In this document: piece by piece, positions 17,624-26,889 of the stretch
Position numbering within the stretch: the first letter of the stretch is position 1
Layout: each line of letters opens with the position of its first letter
DNA from: a virus
Lineage: Duplodnaviria > Caudoviricetes
Reading direction: 5' to 3' (one strand)
Virus record (IMG/VR): IMGVR_UViG_3300032225_000600
Span: 1-61,054 of that record
Length of the DNA: 61,054 bases
Position numbers and translations under genes: made by a program
Notes under the pieces: model-generated
What the model saw: the letters and a program-made list of their open reading frames with translations, nothing else
What the model was told of the DNA's origin: nothing
The model's database searches: none

Positions 17624-19963
17624 ATGACAATGACAATCACAGTTATTAAGAGAAATGGTAGTAAAGAGCCACTGGCAGTTGAAAAGTGGCAGGCACAGGT
17701 AGCAAAGGTTTGTAAGGGTATCGCAGATGTAAGTCAGTCAATGATTGAAATTAAAGCACAGCCTCATTTTTACGATGGTATTACAACTGAAGAAATTGAC
17801 GGTATTACTCTACGTGCTATCGTAGATTTAATCGATGTAGAATCAAACCCAGACATTGGACACACAAACTATCAATTCGTAGCAGGCAAACAACGATTGT
17901 CAATGTTGCGTAAGGATGTATACGGTCAGTATGAACCGCCACACCTATTTGATATTGTAAGAAAGAATGTCAGCGTTGGTCTGTATACTCCAGAGCTATT
18001 GCAATGGTATAGTGAAGACGATTGGAATAAGATGAATGATTTTCTCGACCACGAGAAAGACGAAACATATTCGTATGCAGCTATAGAGCAGTTAATTGAG
18101 AAGTACCTTGTTAAAAATAGAGCAACAAAAGAAACTTATGAAACTCCACAGATTAGATATATGGTTGCGGCAGCGACTGTCTTCCATAAAGAAGAACCGA
18201 ATAGTGCAAGAATGCGTTACATTAAAGAATACTATCAAGCGGCGTCCGATGGTTTGTTTACTCTTGCTACACCTGTCTTGGCTGGCCTTGGCACTCCTAC
18301 TAAACAGTTTTCTAGTTGTGTGCTTATCCGCAGTGACGACGATCTGGATAGCATCTTTGCTTCTGGAGAGATGATGGCCAAGTATGCCAGCAAACGTGCA
18401 GGCATTGGTTTAGAAATTGGTCGCTTACGTTCACTAGGTAGTCCCATCAGAGGTGGCGAGATTCAGCATACTGGTATGATCCCATTCCTGAAAAAGTGGT
18501 TTGGTGATCTACGTTCGTGCTCACAGGGTGGTATCCGTAATGCAAGTGCTACTGTATTCTATCCCATTTGGCATCATCAGTTTGATGACCTTATTGTGCT
18601 TAAGAACAATCAAGGAACAGAAGAAACCCGAGTCCGTCATATGGATTATGGTGTTGTTCTTAGTGCGTTCTTCTGGAGACGTTTCAAGAATAAAGAAAAC
18701 ATAACTTTCTTTGATCCTAACGAAGTACCTGACTTGTACGAAGCGTTTTATACAGATGTAGAATTGTTTGAAGAGCTGTATGTCAAATACGAAAAGTTGA
18801 AAGGATTGCGTAAAAAGACAATGGCAGCTGAAGAAGTGTTCAAGGGTGGTATACTAAAGGAACGTACAGATACTGGTCGCATCTACTTGGTGTTTATAGA
18901 TAACGTGATGAATCAAGGACCTTTTGATCCAAAGAATCATCCCATTTATCAAAGTAACTTGTGTTGTGAGATCTTATTACCAACCCGTCCATTTAAGAGA
19001 TTAGACGACGCGGAGGGGCGCATAGCGTTATGTACACTGGGATCTATTAACTGGGGATCGTTCCGTAACCCAGAGGATATGCGTAGAGCCTGCAGAATTC
19101 TACAGCGTAGCCTGTGTAACATCCTTGACTATCAAGACTTCTTGTCAATACAGAGTAAACTTAGTAACGATGAAATACAGCCGTTGGGCATTGGCGTTAC
19201 TAACTTGGCCTACTGGCACGCCAAACGTGGACTCAAATATGGCGACAAGGATGCACTACAAGATGTTAAGAGTTGGATGGAGCATCAAGCCTACTACCTA
19301 ACAGAAGCCACTGTTGAGTTGGCAAAAGAACGTGGTGCCTGCATTGACAGCGATAAGACACGTTATGGTCAAGGTCAGTTTCCTTGGGAACTTCGTGCTA
19401 AGGGCGTAAATGAACTAGCTGATTTTGCACCTGAATTAGATTGGGAAACACTGCGTGGTAATATGAAGCAGTATGGTGTACGTAATGCTACACTAATGGC
19501 CATTGCGCCAGTTGAAAGCTCAAGTGTTGTTATAAACAGTACCAACGGCATAGAAATGCATATGAGCTTGATCAGTGTTAAAGAATCCAAAGCAGGATCG
19601 TTTGTGCAGGTTGTTCCAGAGTATCATAGACTGAAAAACAAATATCAAATGATGTGGGAACAGAAAGATTGTGATGGCTACTTAAAAACAGCCGCAGTGT
19701 TAGCTGCCTATGTTGATCAATCAATTAGTACTAACACATTTTACAATCCAGCGCACTTTGCCGATCGCAAGATTCCAACTACGCTGATTGCCAAGAACTT
19801 GATGCAGGCACACGTATGGGGATTGAAAACATTCTATTACAGTCTAATCAATAAGGCAGGTAGCAAAGCAGTACAGGAAGCTACACCCGAAGTCCATTAC
19901 AATGGATTTCATAACGAACGAGAACTGATCGAAGAAGATGACTGTGAGAGCTGTAAGTTATGA
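17624..19963 (+). CDS. nrdA: Class Ia ribonucleotide reductase alpha subunit with ATP cone
   Basis: VIKRNG ATP cone; QFSSC; SQGGIR; SNLCCEI; APVESSS; C-terminal CESC; no intron or intein. Confidence 0.97.
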   Translation: MTMTITVIKRNGSKEPLAVEKWQAQVAKVCKGIADVSQSMIEIKAQPHFYDGITTEEIDGITLRAIVDLIDVESNPDIGHTNYQFVAGKQRLSMLRKDVYGQYEPPHLFDIVRKNVSVGLYTPELLQWYSEDDWNKMNDFLDHEKDETYSYAAIEQLIEKYLVKNRATKETYETPQIRYMVAAATVFHKEEPNSARMRYIKEYYQAASDGLFTLATPVLAGLGTPTKQFSSCVLIRSDDDLDSIFASGEMMAKYASKRAGIGLEIGRLRSLGSPIRGGEIQHTGMIPFLKKWFGDLRSCSQGGIRNASATVFYPIWHHQFDDLIVLKNNQGTEETRVRHMDYGVVLSAFFWRRFKNKENITFFDPNEVPDLYEAFYTDVELFEELYVKYEKLKGLRKKTMAAEEVFKGGILKERTDTGRIYLVFIDNVMNQGPFDPKNHPIYQSNLCCEILLPTRPFKRLDDAEGRIALCTLGSINWGSFRNPEDMRRACRILQRSLCNILDYQDFLSIQSKLSNDEIQPLGIGVTNLAYWHAKRGLKYGDKDALQDVKSWMEHQAYYLTEATVELAKERGACIDSDKTRYGQGQFPWELRAKGVNELADFAPELDWETLRGNMKQYGVRNATLMAIAPVESSSVVINSTNGIEMHMSLISVKESKAGSFVQVVPEYHRLKNKYQMMWEQKDCDGYLKTAAVLAAYVDQSISTNTFYNPAHFADRKIPTTLIAKNLMQAHVWGLKTFYYSLINKAGSKAVQEATPEVHYNGFHNERELIEEDDCESCKL

Positions 19964-20511
19964 CATTCAGCTTTATTAGGAACGTTTTATTAGAAGGCAA
20001 ACCGGACAAGTTAGAAATTAAAAGTTTGCCCTATAAAGACAACGAGTTGGATCCTGCCATATCAGAAGATACAATTAAGTATCACTATGGTAAGTTAGCC
20101 AAGACCTATGCCGAACGTTATAATAACAACGAAGGCGACCCTGACTTTAACGAAGCTGGCGTCTTTTTGCACAACATTCTATTCCAACAATATCAAGCAC
20201 CAACGGCTTCAAACAAGCCCAATGGTGGTATTGAAAATTTTATTGTTGAGCACTTTAAGACATTCGAACAGTTCAAAGAAGAGTTTCTTAAAGTAGCAAT
20301 GTCAGTGCAAGGTAGTGGATGGGTGTATCTAGCCAAAGACGGTACAATCAAAACTATCAAGAATCACGAAATTAAAAAAGATATTGTTTTATTAATTGAC
20401 TGGTGGGAACACGCCTGGGCATTAGACTACCAAAGTAAAAAAGACAAATACTTAGAAAATCAATGGAAAATTATTAATTGGGATCATATAAATGAGCAAA
20501 GAACAATATAA
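19960..20511 (+). CDS. Fe/Mn superoxide dismutase (divergent)
   Basis: LPY...LDPAIS..TIKYH; LHNILF; QGSGWVYL; DWWEHAWALDY. Confidence 0.92.
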   Translation: MTFSFIRNVLLEGKPDKLEIKSLPYKDNELDPAISEDTIKYHYGKLAKTYAERYNNNEGDPDFNEAGVFLHNILFQQYQAPTASNKPNGGIENFIVEHFKTFEQFKEEFLKVAMSVQGSGWVYLAKDGTIKTIKNHEIKKDIVLLIDWWEHAWALDYQSKKDKYLENQWKIINWDHINEQRTI

Positions 20512-21592
20512 CTTAAAAACAAAAACAGATTATCTTAGTCGCAAGATGTTCTTGGATCCTGCAGGCCCAGTTACTATCCAACGTTTTGAAGAAGTAAAAT
20601 ATAAAAAGATTGCAGACTTTGAAGCAACAGCACGTGGATTCTTCTGGCAACCAGAAGAGATCAGTTTGACCAAAGATTCAAATGACTTTAAAGATGCCAG
20701 TGATGCCGTCAAGCACATCTTTACCAGTAACCTACTACGTCAAACAGCATTAGACAGTTTGCAGGGTCGTGGACCAAGTCAAATCTTTACGCCTGTGGTA
20801 TCATTACCTGAACTAGAAGCATTGATCTACAATTGGACATTCTACGAAACTAACATTCACAGCAAGAGCTACAGTCACATCATTCGTAACATCTACAATG
20901 TACCAAAAGATGTGTTTAATACTATTCACGATACTAAAGAGATTGTAGAAATGGCATCAAGCGTTGGCGACTACTATGATGCATTACATTTGATCAACTG
21001 CCGAAAAGAAGCTGGCGAGACAATTAACGAACGTACACATATCAAAGCAATCTATATGGCATTACACGCAAGTTATGCCTTAGAAGCATTCCGCTTTATG
21101 GTATCATTTGCCACAAGTCTAGCAATGGTAGAAAATAAAATCTTTATGGGCAATGGCAATATCATCAGCCTGATCCTACAAGACGAACTACTACACAAAG
21201 GTTGGACTGCCTATTTGATTAATCAAGTGGTCAAAGAAGACACCCGCTTTGCAGAAATTAGACCAGAATGTGAACAAGAAGTGTATCAACTGTATATGGA
21301 TGTTATTCGTGAAGAAAAAGCCTGGGCTGATTACCTGTTCCAGAAAGGTCCTGTTATTGGACTCAATGCACAAATTTTGAAAGACTTTGTGGACTACACA
21401 GCCGTAGGCGCACTAAAAGATATTGGTATCAAATATAATAGCCCAGCACCAAGATCGACTCCGATTCCTTGGTTTAACAAGCACGTTGATACCAGCAAGA
21501 AGCAGACAGCACTACAAGAAAACGAATCAACTAATTATGTTATTGGAGTTATGTCAGAAGGCATTGACTACGATGCCCTGCCGGCTATATAA
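20492..21592 (+). CDS. nrdB: Ribonucleotide reductase beta subunit
   Basis: FFWQPEEI, LDSLQGR, ETNIHSKSY, LEAFRFMVSF and DELLH motifs. Confidence 0.97.
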   Translation: MSKEQYNLKTKTDYLSRKMFLDPAGPVTIQRFEEVKYKKIADFEATARGFFWQPEEISLTKDSNDFKDASDAVKHIFTSNLLRQTALDSLQGRGPSQIFTPVVSLPELEALIYNWTFYETNIHSKSYSHIIRNIYNVPKDVFNTIHDTKEIVEMASSVGDYYDALHLINCRKEAGETINERTHIKAIYMALHASYALEAFRFMVSFATSLAMVENKIFMGNGNIISLILQDELLHKGWTAYLINQVVKEDTRFAEIRPECEQEVYQLYMDVIREEKAWADYLFQKGPVIGLNAQILKDFVDYTAVGALKDIGIKYNSPAPRSTPIPWFNKHVDTSKKQTALQENESTNYVIGVMSEGIDYDALPAI

Positions 21593-21598
21593 TAAACT

Positions 21599-21766
21599 AT
21601 GTATAAAGCACAATTTAAACGTTCTTCACCATACGAAAGTTGGACTACTATTGGAAACTACGGAAATGAACAGTCCGCAGTTGCCTCAGCATTGAGTTAT
21701 AAAAACAAAGGGATGCTACTAGTACGTGTGACTGGTCCAAAAGGTGAAGTAATTTACTCAAGTTAA
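21599..21766 (+). CDS. 55-aa hypothetical protein (not in ORF track)
   Basis: MYKAQFKRSSPYESWTTIG...VIYSS fills the nrdB-glutaredoxin gap. Confidence 0.65.
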   Translation: MYKAQFKRSSPYESWTTIGNYGNEQSAVASALSYKNKGMLLVRVTGPKGEVIYSS

Positions 21767-21774
21767 GGAAACAA

Positions 21775-22017
21775 ATGATTACCGTTTATTCAAAGAATAA
21801 CTGCCCCTTCTGCGATCGTGCAAAGGCGCTGTTAGAAAGTAAGGACATCCCATTCACAGTTATCAAAATGGAAGATGATCCAGATGCACGTGAGTTTTTG
21901 ATGGATCAAGGATTACGGTCAGTACCACAGATTTTCAAGGACGGCGTGCTTCTACCTGGTGGCTTTCAGGGCCTAGCAGGAAAAGACGAAGAATTTTTCA
22001 ACACACTTAAGGGATAA
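21775..22017 (+). CDS. Glutaredoxin
   Basis: CPFC, RSVPQIF and GG motifs; follows nrdAB. Confidence 0.95.
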   Translation: MITVYSKNNCPFCDRAKALLESKDIPFTVIKMEDDPDAREFLMDQGLRSVPQIFKDGVLLPGGFQGLAGKDEEFFNTLKG

Positions 22018-22018
22018 T

Positions 22019-22309
22019 ATGATTATTGACAAAGGCGTATCAATTGGCGAAGTAATTACACTAAAGCTAACCAGCGGCGAAGAACTTGTGGCAAAGCTAG
22101 TTGAAGAAACTCCAACATATTACAAACTGAGCAAGCCAATGGTTATCGGTATGGGACAGAAAGGTCCTGGACTAATGCCATACCTATTTACAGTTAGTCC
22201 AGAAAAAGATGTTAAACTGTTAAAAACCACAGTAACAGTGGCAGAAGCTACAGATAAAACATTCGCAGATCAATTTATTACAAGTACCACTGGCATACAA
22301 TTGACTTAA
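22019..22309 (+). CDS. Small beta-rich protein (possible Sm-like fold)
   Basis: ITLKLTSGEELVAKL...LSKP pattern. Confidence 0.55.
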   Translation: MIIDKGVSIGEVITLKLTSGEELVAKLVEETPTYYKLSKPMVIGMGQKGPGLMPYLFTVSPEKDVKLLKTTVTVAEATDKTFADQFITSTTGIQLT

Positions 22310-22319
22310 ATACTAGACT

Positions 22320-23300
22320 ATGACAACAGCTCAGTCTACCGCAGCAGGAACACCAACCGCAAGCCCTAGTGGCCCATACGCACCCCGCCCACATACGCAC
22401 GGTGCAGGGTCAATGCCTAGGCAAGAGCCTTTATACGATTCAGCGGACGTCTATGCCAATAACCAAGTTATTGCTTTATACAATGCTGCGACTCCTAAAG
22501 GTGCATTTGCACAGACTCGAGTAGGTCCTGTTACAGTTGTGCAGGCTGTACAAAACGTCGAAGGCGATGATGACAATACTGCGGGCAAAGCAGAAGCTGA
22601 CAAGTTTCTAGCAGAAGGCAAGATTACACAACAGCAATACGATCAAATTACTAAAACTCCAGAGCCAACTGGCACTCCCGTAAATGCACCTACAAGTGTT
22701 CCAACAGGAAGCGTTAACGGTGTTAATGTTTATAAAGAAGGTGATTCGTTTAGTTTTGATACTAAGCTAACAGCAACTACTACGCTGGGCCAGATGATCA
22801 AGCAGGTTACATTCCCTAGAACTATCGCACAGTTAAGCGAATGTTTTCCAGGGATGAAGGCCTATCAGGTGGTGAACAATCTAGGTGCATTGGCTAAGAA
22901 CATCTATGAGCCATTAAAGGCGCAATATCCTAAAGCATTTATGACCAACAGTTTCCGACACGGTGCCAGTATCGGCGGCGGACAACACGGTACAGGGCAG
23001 GCAGCAGACTTTCAATTCCACGGAGTACACTCAAGTGGCTATTACGATATCGCAGTTTGGATGAGCAAGAACTTGCCATTTGATCAACTACTGCTTGAGT
23101 ATCTTCCAGGTAAGACAGTATGGGTACATTGCAGTTATGCAGCACCTGGTCTGCCGTTCGGTGGCATTAGTGTATTAAAGAACAAAGGCAAAGGATCAAC
23201 ATTGGCCACACTAAATGGTGCAGCTGGTGGGAAGTTCACTCCGGGACTGTATGCGAACATTATCGAAGCAGCCGGCATCAACAGAATAGTCGCAGGTTAA
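22320..23300 (+). CDS. Virion-associated protein with C-terminal peptidase M15A-like domain
   Basis: TNSFR...QHGTGQAADF...FDQLLLEY...WVHCS (H, D, H zinc ligands). Confidence 0.78.
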   Translation: MTTAQSTAAGTPTASPSGPYAPRPHTHGAGSMPRQEPLYDSADVYANNQVIALYNAATPKGAFAQTRVGPVTVVQAVQNVEGDDDNTAGKAEADKFLAEGKITQQQYDQITKTPEPTGTPVNAPTSVPTGSVNGVNVYKEGDSFSFDTKLTATTTLGQMIKQVTFPRTIAQLSECFPGMKAYQVVNNLGALAKNIYEPLKAQYPKAFMTNSFRHGASIGGGQHGTGQAADFQFHGVHSSGYYDIAVWMSKNLPFDQLLLEYLPGKTVWVHCSYAAPGLPFGGISVLKNKGKGSTLATLNGAAGGKFTPGLYANIIEAAGINRIVAG

Positions 23301-23302
23301 AA

Positions 23303-23722
23303 ATGAAAAAATTTCTTTGGAAAGTATTAGGCTTCTTAAGTTTAGGAATGGCCTACGTGGGACTAATCACTCCTGGTATCCCCTACAGTTGTTTTGTGGT
23401 AGCGGCTGCATATTGTTTTGCCAAAGGCTCGCCTAAGATGCACGCCTGGTTGTACAATCATAAGATATTCGGACCATTCCTTACTAATTGGAATGAGCGC
23501 AGAGTATTTCCAACCAAAATGAAATTCTTTATGTTAGCAATGATGAGTACCAGTTTGATTACAATGTGGTTGACAAATGTGCCTGTTCGTGGTATAATAT
23601 ATACTGCAATGTTTATGTGTTGCGTGGCTATTTGGGCTTGGCGTTGGCCAGGAAGTGTTGAAGAGCACGAGAAACGCCTAGCAGAAGGCAAGAAGATTGG
23701 TTGGTTTAATAACCAGTTTTAG
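23303..23722 (+). CDS. YbaN/DUF454 family inner-membrane protein
   Basis: G....PGIP...F...AAYCFAKGSP..H.WL..H..FGP....W pattern. Confidence 0.88.
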   Translation: MKKFLWKVLGFLSLGMAYVGLITPGIPYSCFVVAAAYCFAKGSPKMHAWLYNHKIFGPFLTNWNERRVFPTKMKFFMLAMMSTSLITMWLTNVPVRGIIYTAMFMCCVAIWAWRWPGSVEEHEKRLAEGKKIGWFNNQF

Positions 23723-23734
23723 TAAATAACGTGT

Positions 23735-23833
23735 ATGAGTGAGCAACAAGAATTAGAAGACCTTTTTGAATTACAGGTAATAATTATACTGTTAATTTAT
23801 TGGGCACATTTTTGGTACACACTCCTGCATTAA
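23735..23833 (+). CDS. 32-aa hydrophobic peptide (not in ORF track)
   Basis: MSEQQELEDLFELQVIIILLIYWAHFWYTLLH; TAAATA 6 nt upstream. Confidence 0.4.
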   Translation: MSEQQELEDLFELQVIIILLIYWAHFWYTLLH

Positions 23834-23837
23834 AGAA

Positions 23838-24175
23838 TTGTTGTAACTCCTTCAAAGCGAAGGCGTTCTGGACGCCGGTTCGACTCCGGCCAGGTCCACC
23901 TAAGCATACTCCGAACCGAGTATTCTGGTAGCAAGGCGAAAGCTGAGTGTGCTTAGATGGGCCTGCATTGGTTTCGACAGGGCGAGATAGTAGAGACGGC
24001 AACACAGTAGGCGATGACTGTAAATCAAGCAAAACTCGTAAATGCAAACGCAGATACAAACGACTTCACAGCAATGAGCTTCACTGGTAACACTGTTACT
24101 GGCAAAAGCAAAGTTGCTCTAGCTGCCTAAAAAACAGCAGGTCCGAGGCAGCTATGCCTTGTCATCCAAAATAGT
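23838..24175 (+). ncRNA. ssrA: tmRNA, circularly permuted (two-piece) gene
   Basis: T-arm and acceptor 3' strand CAGGTCC-ACC (23891-23900) precede the 5' end GGGCCTG...GGTTTCGAC (23959). G3:U wobble present. Tag frame 24044-24130 reads ANADTNDFTAMSFTGNTVTGKSKVALAA*. Outer ends approximate. Confidence 0.92.
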
Positions 24176-24203
24176 AGAAAGCACCTTCGGGTGCTTTCTT
24201 TTT
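24176..24203 (+). terminator. Intrinsic terminator
   Basis: AGAAAGCACC-TTCG-GGTGCTTTCTTTTT. Confidence 0.9.
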
Positions 24204-24308
24204 GTTATTGATTTTTCCTATAAACGTTATTGAAATAATTATTGTAAAAACCTATTGACTTATGGTCTTAGTAGGCTATATAATACTACAAACACACAAG
24301 GAGACACT

Positions 24309-24755
24309 ATGTCTATAACATTGAAAAATTTGGAGTCAGCACTTGCTGGTGAGTCAATGGCTCACATCAAGTATCGCTACTTCGCAAAGATCGCTCGCGA
24401 AGAAGGCTTCGAGGATGTTGCAAAACATTTTGAGCACACAGCAGATCAGGAAATCAAACACGCCTGGGGACATTTGGAATTGCTAATCGGCAAGCCAACA
24501 ACTAAAGAATGTTTGGAAAAAGCCATTGAAGGTGAAACATATGAGTTCACTACAATGTATCCAACGTTCAAAGATCAAGCCGCACAGGAAGGCCACACAG
24601 CAGTTGCCGAGTTCCAAGAACAAATTGACGAATCAATCGAACACGCTGAAGAATTCCGTGCAGTTCTAGCCAAAGCTGAGAAACGCTTTGCGGCTTTACA
24701 AAAAGTTGAAGAGCGTCACGCAAAGGCATATCAATCTGTATTGGAGGCACTATAA
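24309..24755 (+). CDS. rbr: Rubrerythrin (ferritin-like domain only)
   Basis: Start 24309 with AAGGAG SD; NL..ALAGES.A...Y..FA..A, EIKH, EGETYE...MYP and EERH motifs. Confidence 0.93.
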   Translation: MSITLKNLESALAGESMAHIKYRYFAKIAREEGFEDVAKHFEHTADQEIKHAWGHLELLIGKPTTKECLEKAIEGETYEFTTMYPTFKDQAAQEGHTAVAEFQEQIDESIEHAEEFRAVLAKAEKRFAALQKVEERHAKAYQSVLEAL

Positions 24756-24889
24756 TGGAATACGTATGTATAGTTTGTGGACACGTCCACGATGAAGCAA
24801 CCGAAGGCAATTGGGATGAACTTCCAGATACATTTGAATGCCCGGAATGCGGTGTAGGTAAAGCTGACTACGAAGCTGTTGAATTTTAA
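24755..24889 (+). CDS. Rubredoxin (not in ORF track)
   Basis: MEYVCIVCGHVHD...WDELPDTFECPECGVGKADY; two CxxC; GGAGG SD. Confidence 0.93.
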   Translation: MEYVCIVCGHVHDEATEGNWDELPDTFECPECGVGKADYEAVEF

Positions 24890-24916
24890 TAAATAATTAA
24901 CAGGAGGACACAACCT

Positions 24917-25075
24917 ATGAAACAGAAAAAGCTATTAGCCAAACTGTACAAGGCTTGCGTCGACCATAACGCCGAGAAGATAGCAGAACTTCGTAAAGAA
25001 GAATTTGCCAAAATCTTGAAACGAAAGGCCGAAGGTAAACCATTTACAGCTAAATGGACATTGGTAAGGATTTAA
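24917..25075 (+). CDS. 52-aa basic protein (not in ORF track)
   Basis: AGGAGG SD; TAAATA upstream; [14 protein letters not shown]... Confidence 0.65.
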   Translation: MKQKKLLAKLYKACVDHNAEKIAELRKEEFAKILKRKAEGKPFTAKWTLVRI

Positions 25076-25077
25076 GT

Positions 25078-25095
25078 TCGTAACACAACTGCAAT
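25078..25095 (+). promoter_or_regulatory. Candidate Pho box
   Basis: TCGTAAC-ACAA-CTGCAAT, 11-bp-period half-sites similar to CTGTCAT-A4-CTGTCAC; TATGCT 11 nt downstream. Confidence 0.4.
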
Positions 25096-25127
25096 CTTAG
25101 TAACACTATGCTACGATAAATACTGCT

Positions 25128-25901
25128 ATGCAGAAAACTTATCGTAGCATTTTTATTTCTGACGTACATTTAGGTACGAGAGACTGTCAAGCAGACAAGC
25201 TCAACAACTTCCTCAAACATAACACCTGCGATACACTATATCTTGTAGGAGATATTATCGATGCGTGGAAAATCCAACAAAACAAATGGCGATGGAAACA
25301 GTCACACACGAATGTCGTTCGTAGGGTTCTTGGTCACGCTAAACGTGGCACTAGGGTTATATACGTGGCTGGAAATCACGACGAATTTCTGCGCCCGATG
25401 ATACCATATGGATTCTCGTTTGGATCAATTGAAATACACAATCAAACAGAACACATAGGTGCAGACGGTAAACACTATTTGATTACACACGGTGACCTGT
25501 TTGACGGCATCACACGCCTTGCCCCGTGGTTGGCATTTTTAGGCGACAAGTTGTACGACCTAGTGCTAGATTGGAATTCAAGATTCAATTGGGTGCGTCA
25601 CAAACTGGGATTTGGATATTGGAGTCTTAGTAAATACCTCAAGCACAAAGTCAAGAAAGCTTCGGACTTTATGTTTCAATTTGAAAAGAACCTTGCCCAA
25701 TACTGCAAGAAGCGAGGATTTGACGGTGTCATCTGCGGACATATACATCACGCAGAAATTAAACAGATAGACGGTGTCACGTATATGAATGACGGCGATT
25801 GGGTTGAAAGTTGTACGGCACTTGTAGAACATCACGACGGTCGTTGGGAAATAATAACTTGGACTCGAGAAAATGACAAAGACGATACTGATAGTAACTG
25901 A
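25128..25901 (+). CDS. plcP: PlcP/LpxH2-type metallophosphoesterase (phospholipase C-like)
   Basis: FISDVHLG, LVGDIID, GNHDE, HGDLFD, CGHIH and YMNDGDWVESCTAL motifs; adjacent GT4 gene. Confidence 0.8.
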   Translation: MQKTYRSIFISDVHLGTRDCQADKLNNFLKHNTCDTLYLVGDIIDAWKIQQNKWRWKQSHTNVVRRVLGHAKRGTRVIYVAGNHDEFLRPMIPYGFSFGSIEIHNQTEHIGADGKHYLITHGDLFDGITRLAPWLAFLGDKLYDLVLDWNSRFNWVRHKLGFGYWSLSKYLKHKVKKASDFMFQFEKNLAQYCKKRGFDGVICGHIHHAEIKQIDGVTYMNDGDWVESCTALVEHHDGRWEIITWTRENDKDDTDSN

Positions 25902-26889
25902 TAATTTACCGGAGCAGATCAATGGTGTTGTTACGACCTACAAAAATATTGAGGCTTGTGCGGTTCTGGATGGTTATCGCGTTGTTTACATTACTCCCGG
26001 GGACTTCCGCTACTTTGATTGTCCTGGCTACAACGAAGTCAAGATTGCCCTTACCTACCAACGCAAAGTGGGCAAGAAGATTGAGGCGCTCAGTCCGGAT
26101 TATATCCATATTGCCACAGAGGGTCCTCTTGGTCTGTGTGCTAGAAAATATCTTTCAAAACATAATTTTAGGTACAATACTGCTTATCATACTAAGTTCC
26201 CTGAAGGACTTAGAGCCCTATTTGGAATCCCTGAGGCAGTTACTTGGCCTTTGGTAAGATGGTTTCATAAGCACAGTGGTAAGGTGTTGACTACAACCGA
26301 CACAATGGTTAAGGAGTTACGAGCACACGGATTTGACGGTGATGTTATTCCTTGGACTCGTGGTGTTGACCGAGACATATTCAATCCCAGCCAACGAACT
26401 GGCACAGTAGTAAATGGACCTATACTAGTGTGTGTTAGCCGTGTGAGTAAGGAAAAGAATTTAGAAGCATACTTTGAAATGCCCTATGCGGGTGTTAAGT
26501 TTATGGTAGGCGAAGGACCTATGCTAGAAGAATATAAAACTAAGTATCCAGATGTAAAATTTGTAGGCGCCAAGCGTGGTCTAGAACTGGCCAAATACTT
26601 TGCTATGGCAGATGTGTTTGTATTTCCAAGCCGTTGGGAAACATTTGGACTAGTAATGATTGAAGCAATGGCCTGCGGTACCCCAGTAGCGGCGTACCCT
26701 TGTCAAGGACCATTAGATGTAGTCGACGAAGGCATTACAGGATGTCTCAATGATGATTTGAAACAGGCAGTCAACGATGCACTAATGCTAGACCGACAGC
26801 GTGTTTGGGAAGGCAGTGGTCGCTGGACTTGGGAAAAGGCTTGGGAAATATTCCGCGATAATCTCGTAGAAAAATCGGTTGCAAGATAG
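25873..26889 (+). CDS. agt: GT4 glycosyltransferase (Agt-like glycolipid synthase)
   Basis: ILIVTD..P.QINGVVTT, HIATEGPLG, YHTKFPE and ETFGLVMIEAMACGTPVAA motifs. Confidence 0.8.
   Translation: MTKTILIVTDNLPEQINGVVTTYKNIEACAVLDGYRVVYITPGDFRYFDCPGYNEVKIALTYQRKVGKKIEALSPDYIHIATEGPLGLCARKYLSKHNFRYNTAYHTKFPEGLRALFGIPEAVTWPLVRWFHKHSGKVLTTTDTMVKELRAHGFDGDVIPWTRGVDRDIFNPSQRTGTVVNGPILVCVSRVSKEKNLEAYFEMPYAGVKFMVGEGPMLEEYKTKYPDVKFVGAKRGLELAKYFAMADVFVFPSRWETFGLVMIEAMACGTPVAAYPCQGPLDVVDEGITGCLNDDLKQAVNDALMLDRQRVWEGSGRWTWEKAWEIFRDNLVEKSVAR

Noticed and set aside
17624-21592. Introns or inteins in nrdA/nrdB
   Set aside because: Both ORFs are continuous and of normal length.
23784-24059. 91-aa minus-strand ORF
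   Set aside because: It is the antisense of the tmRNA gene.
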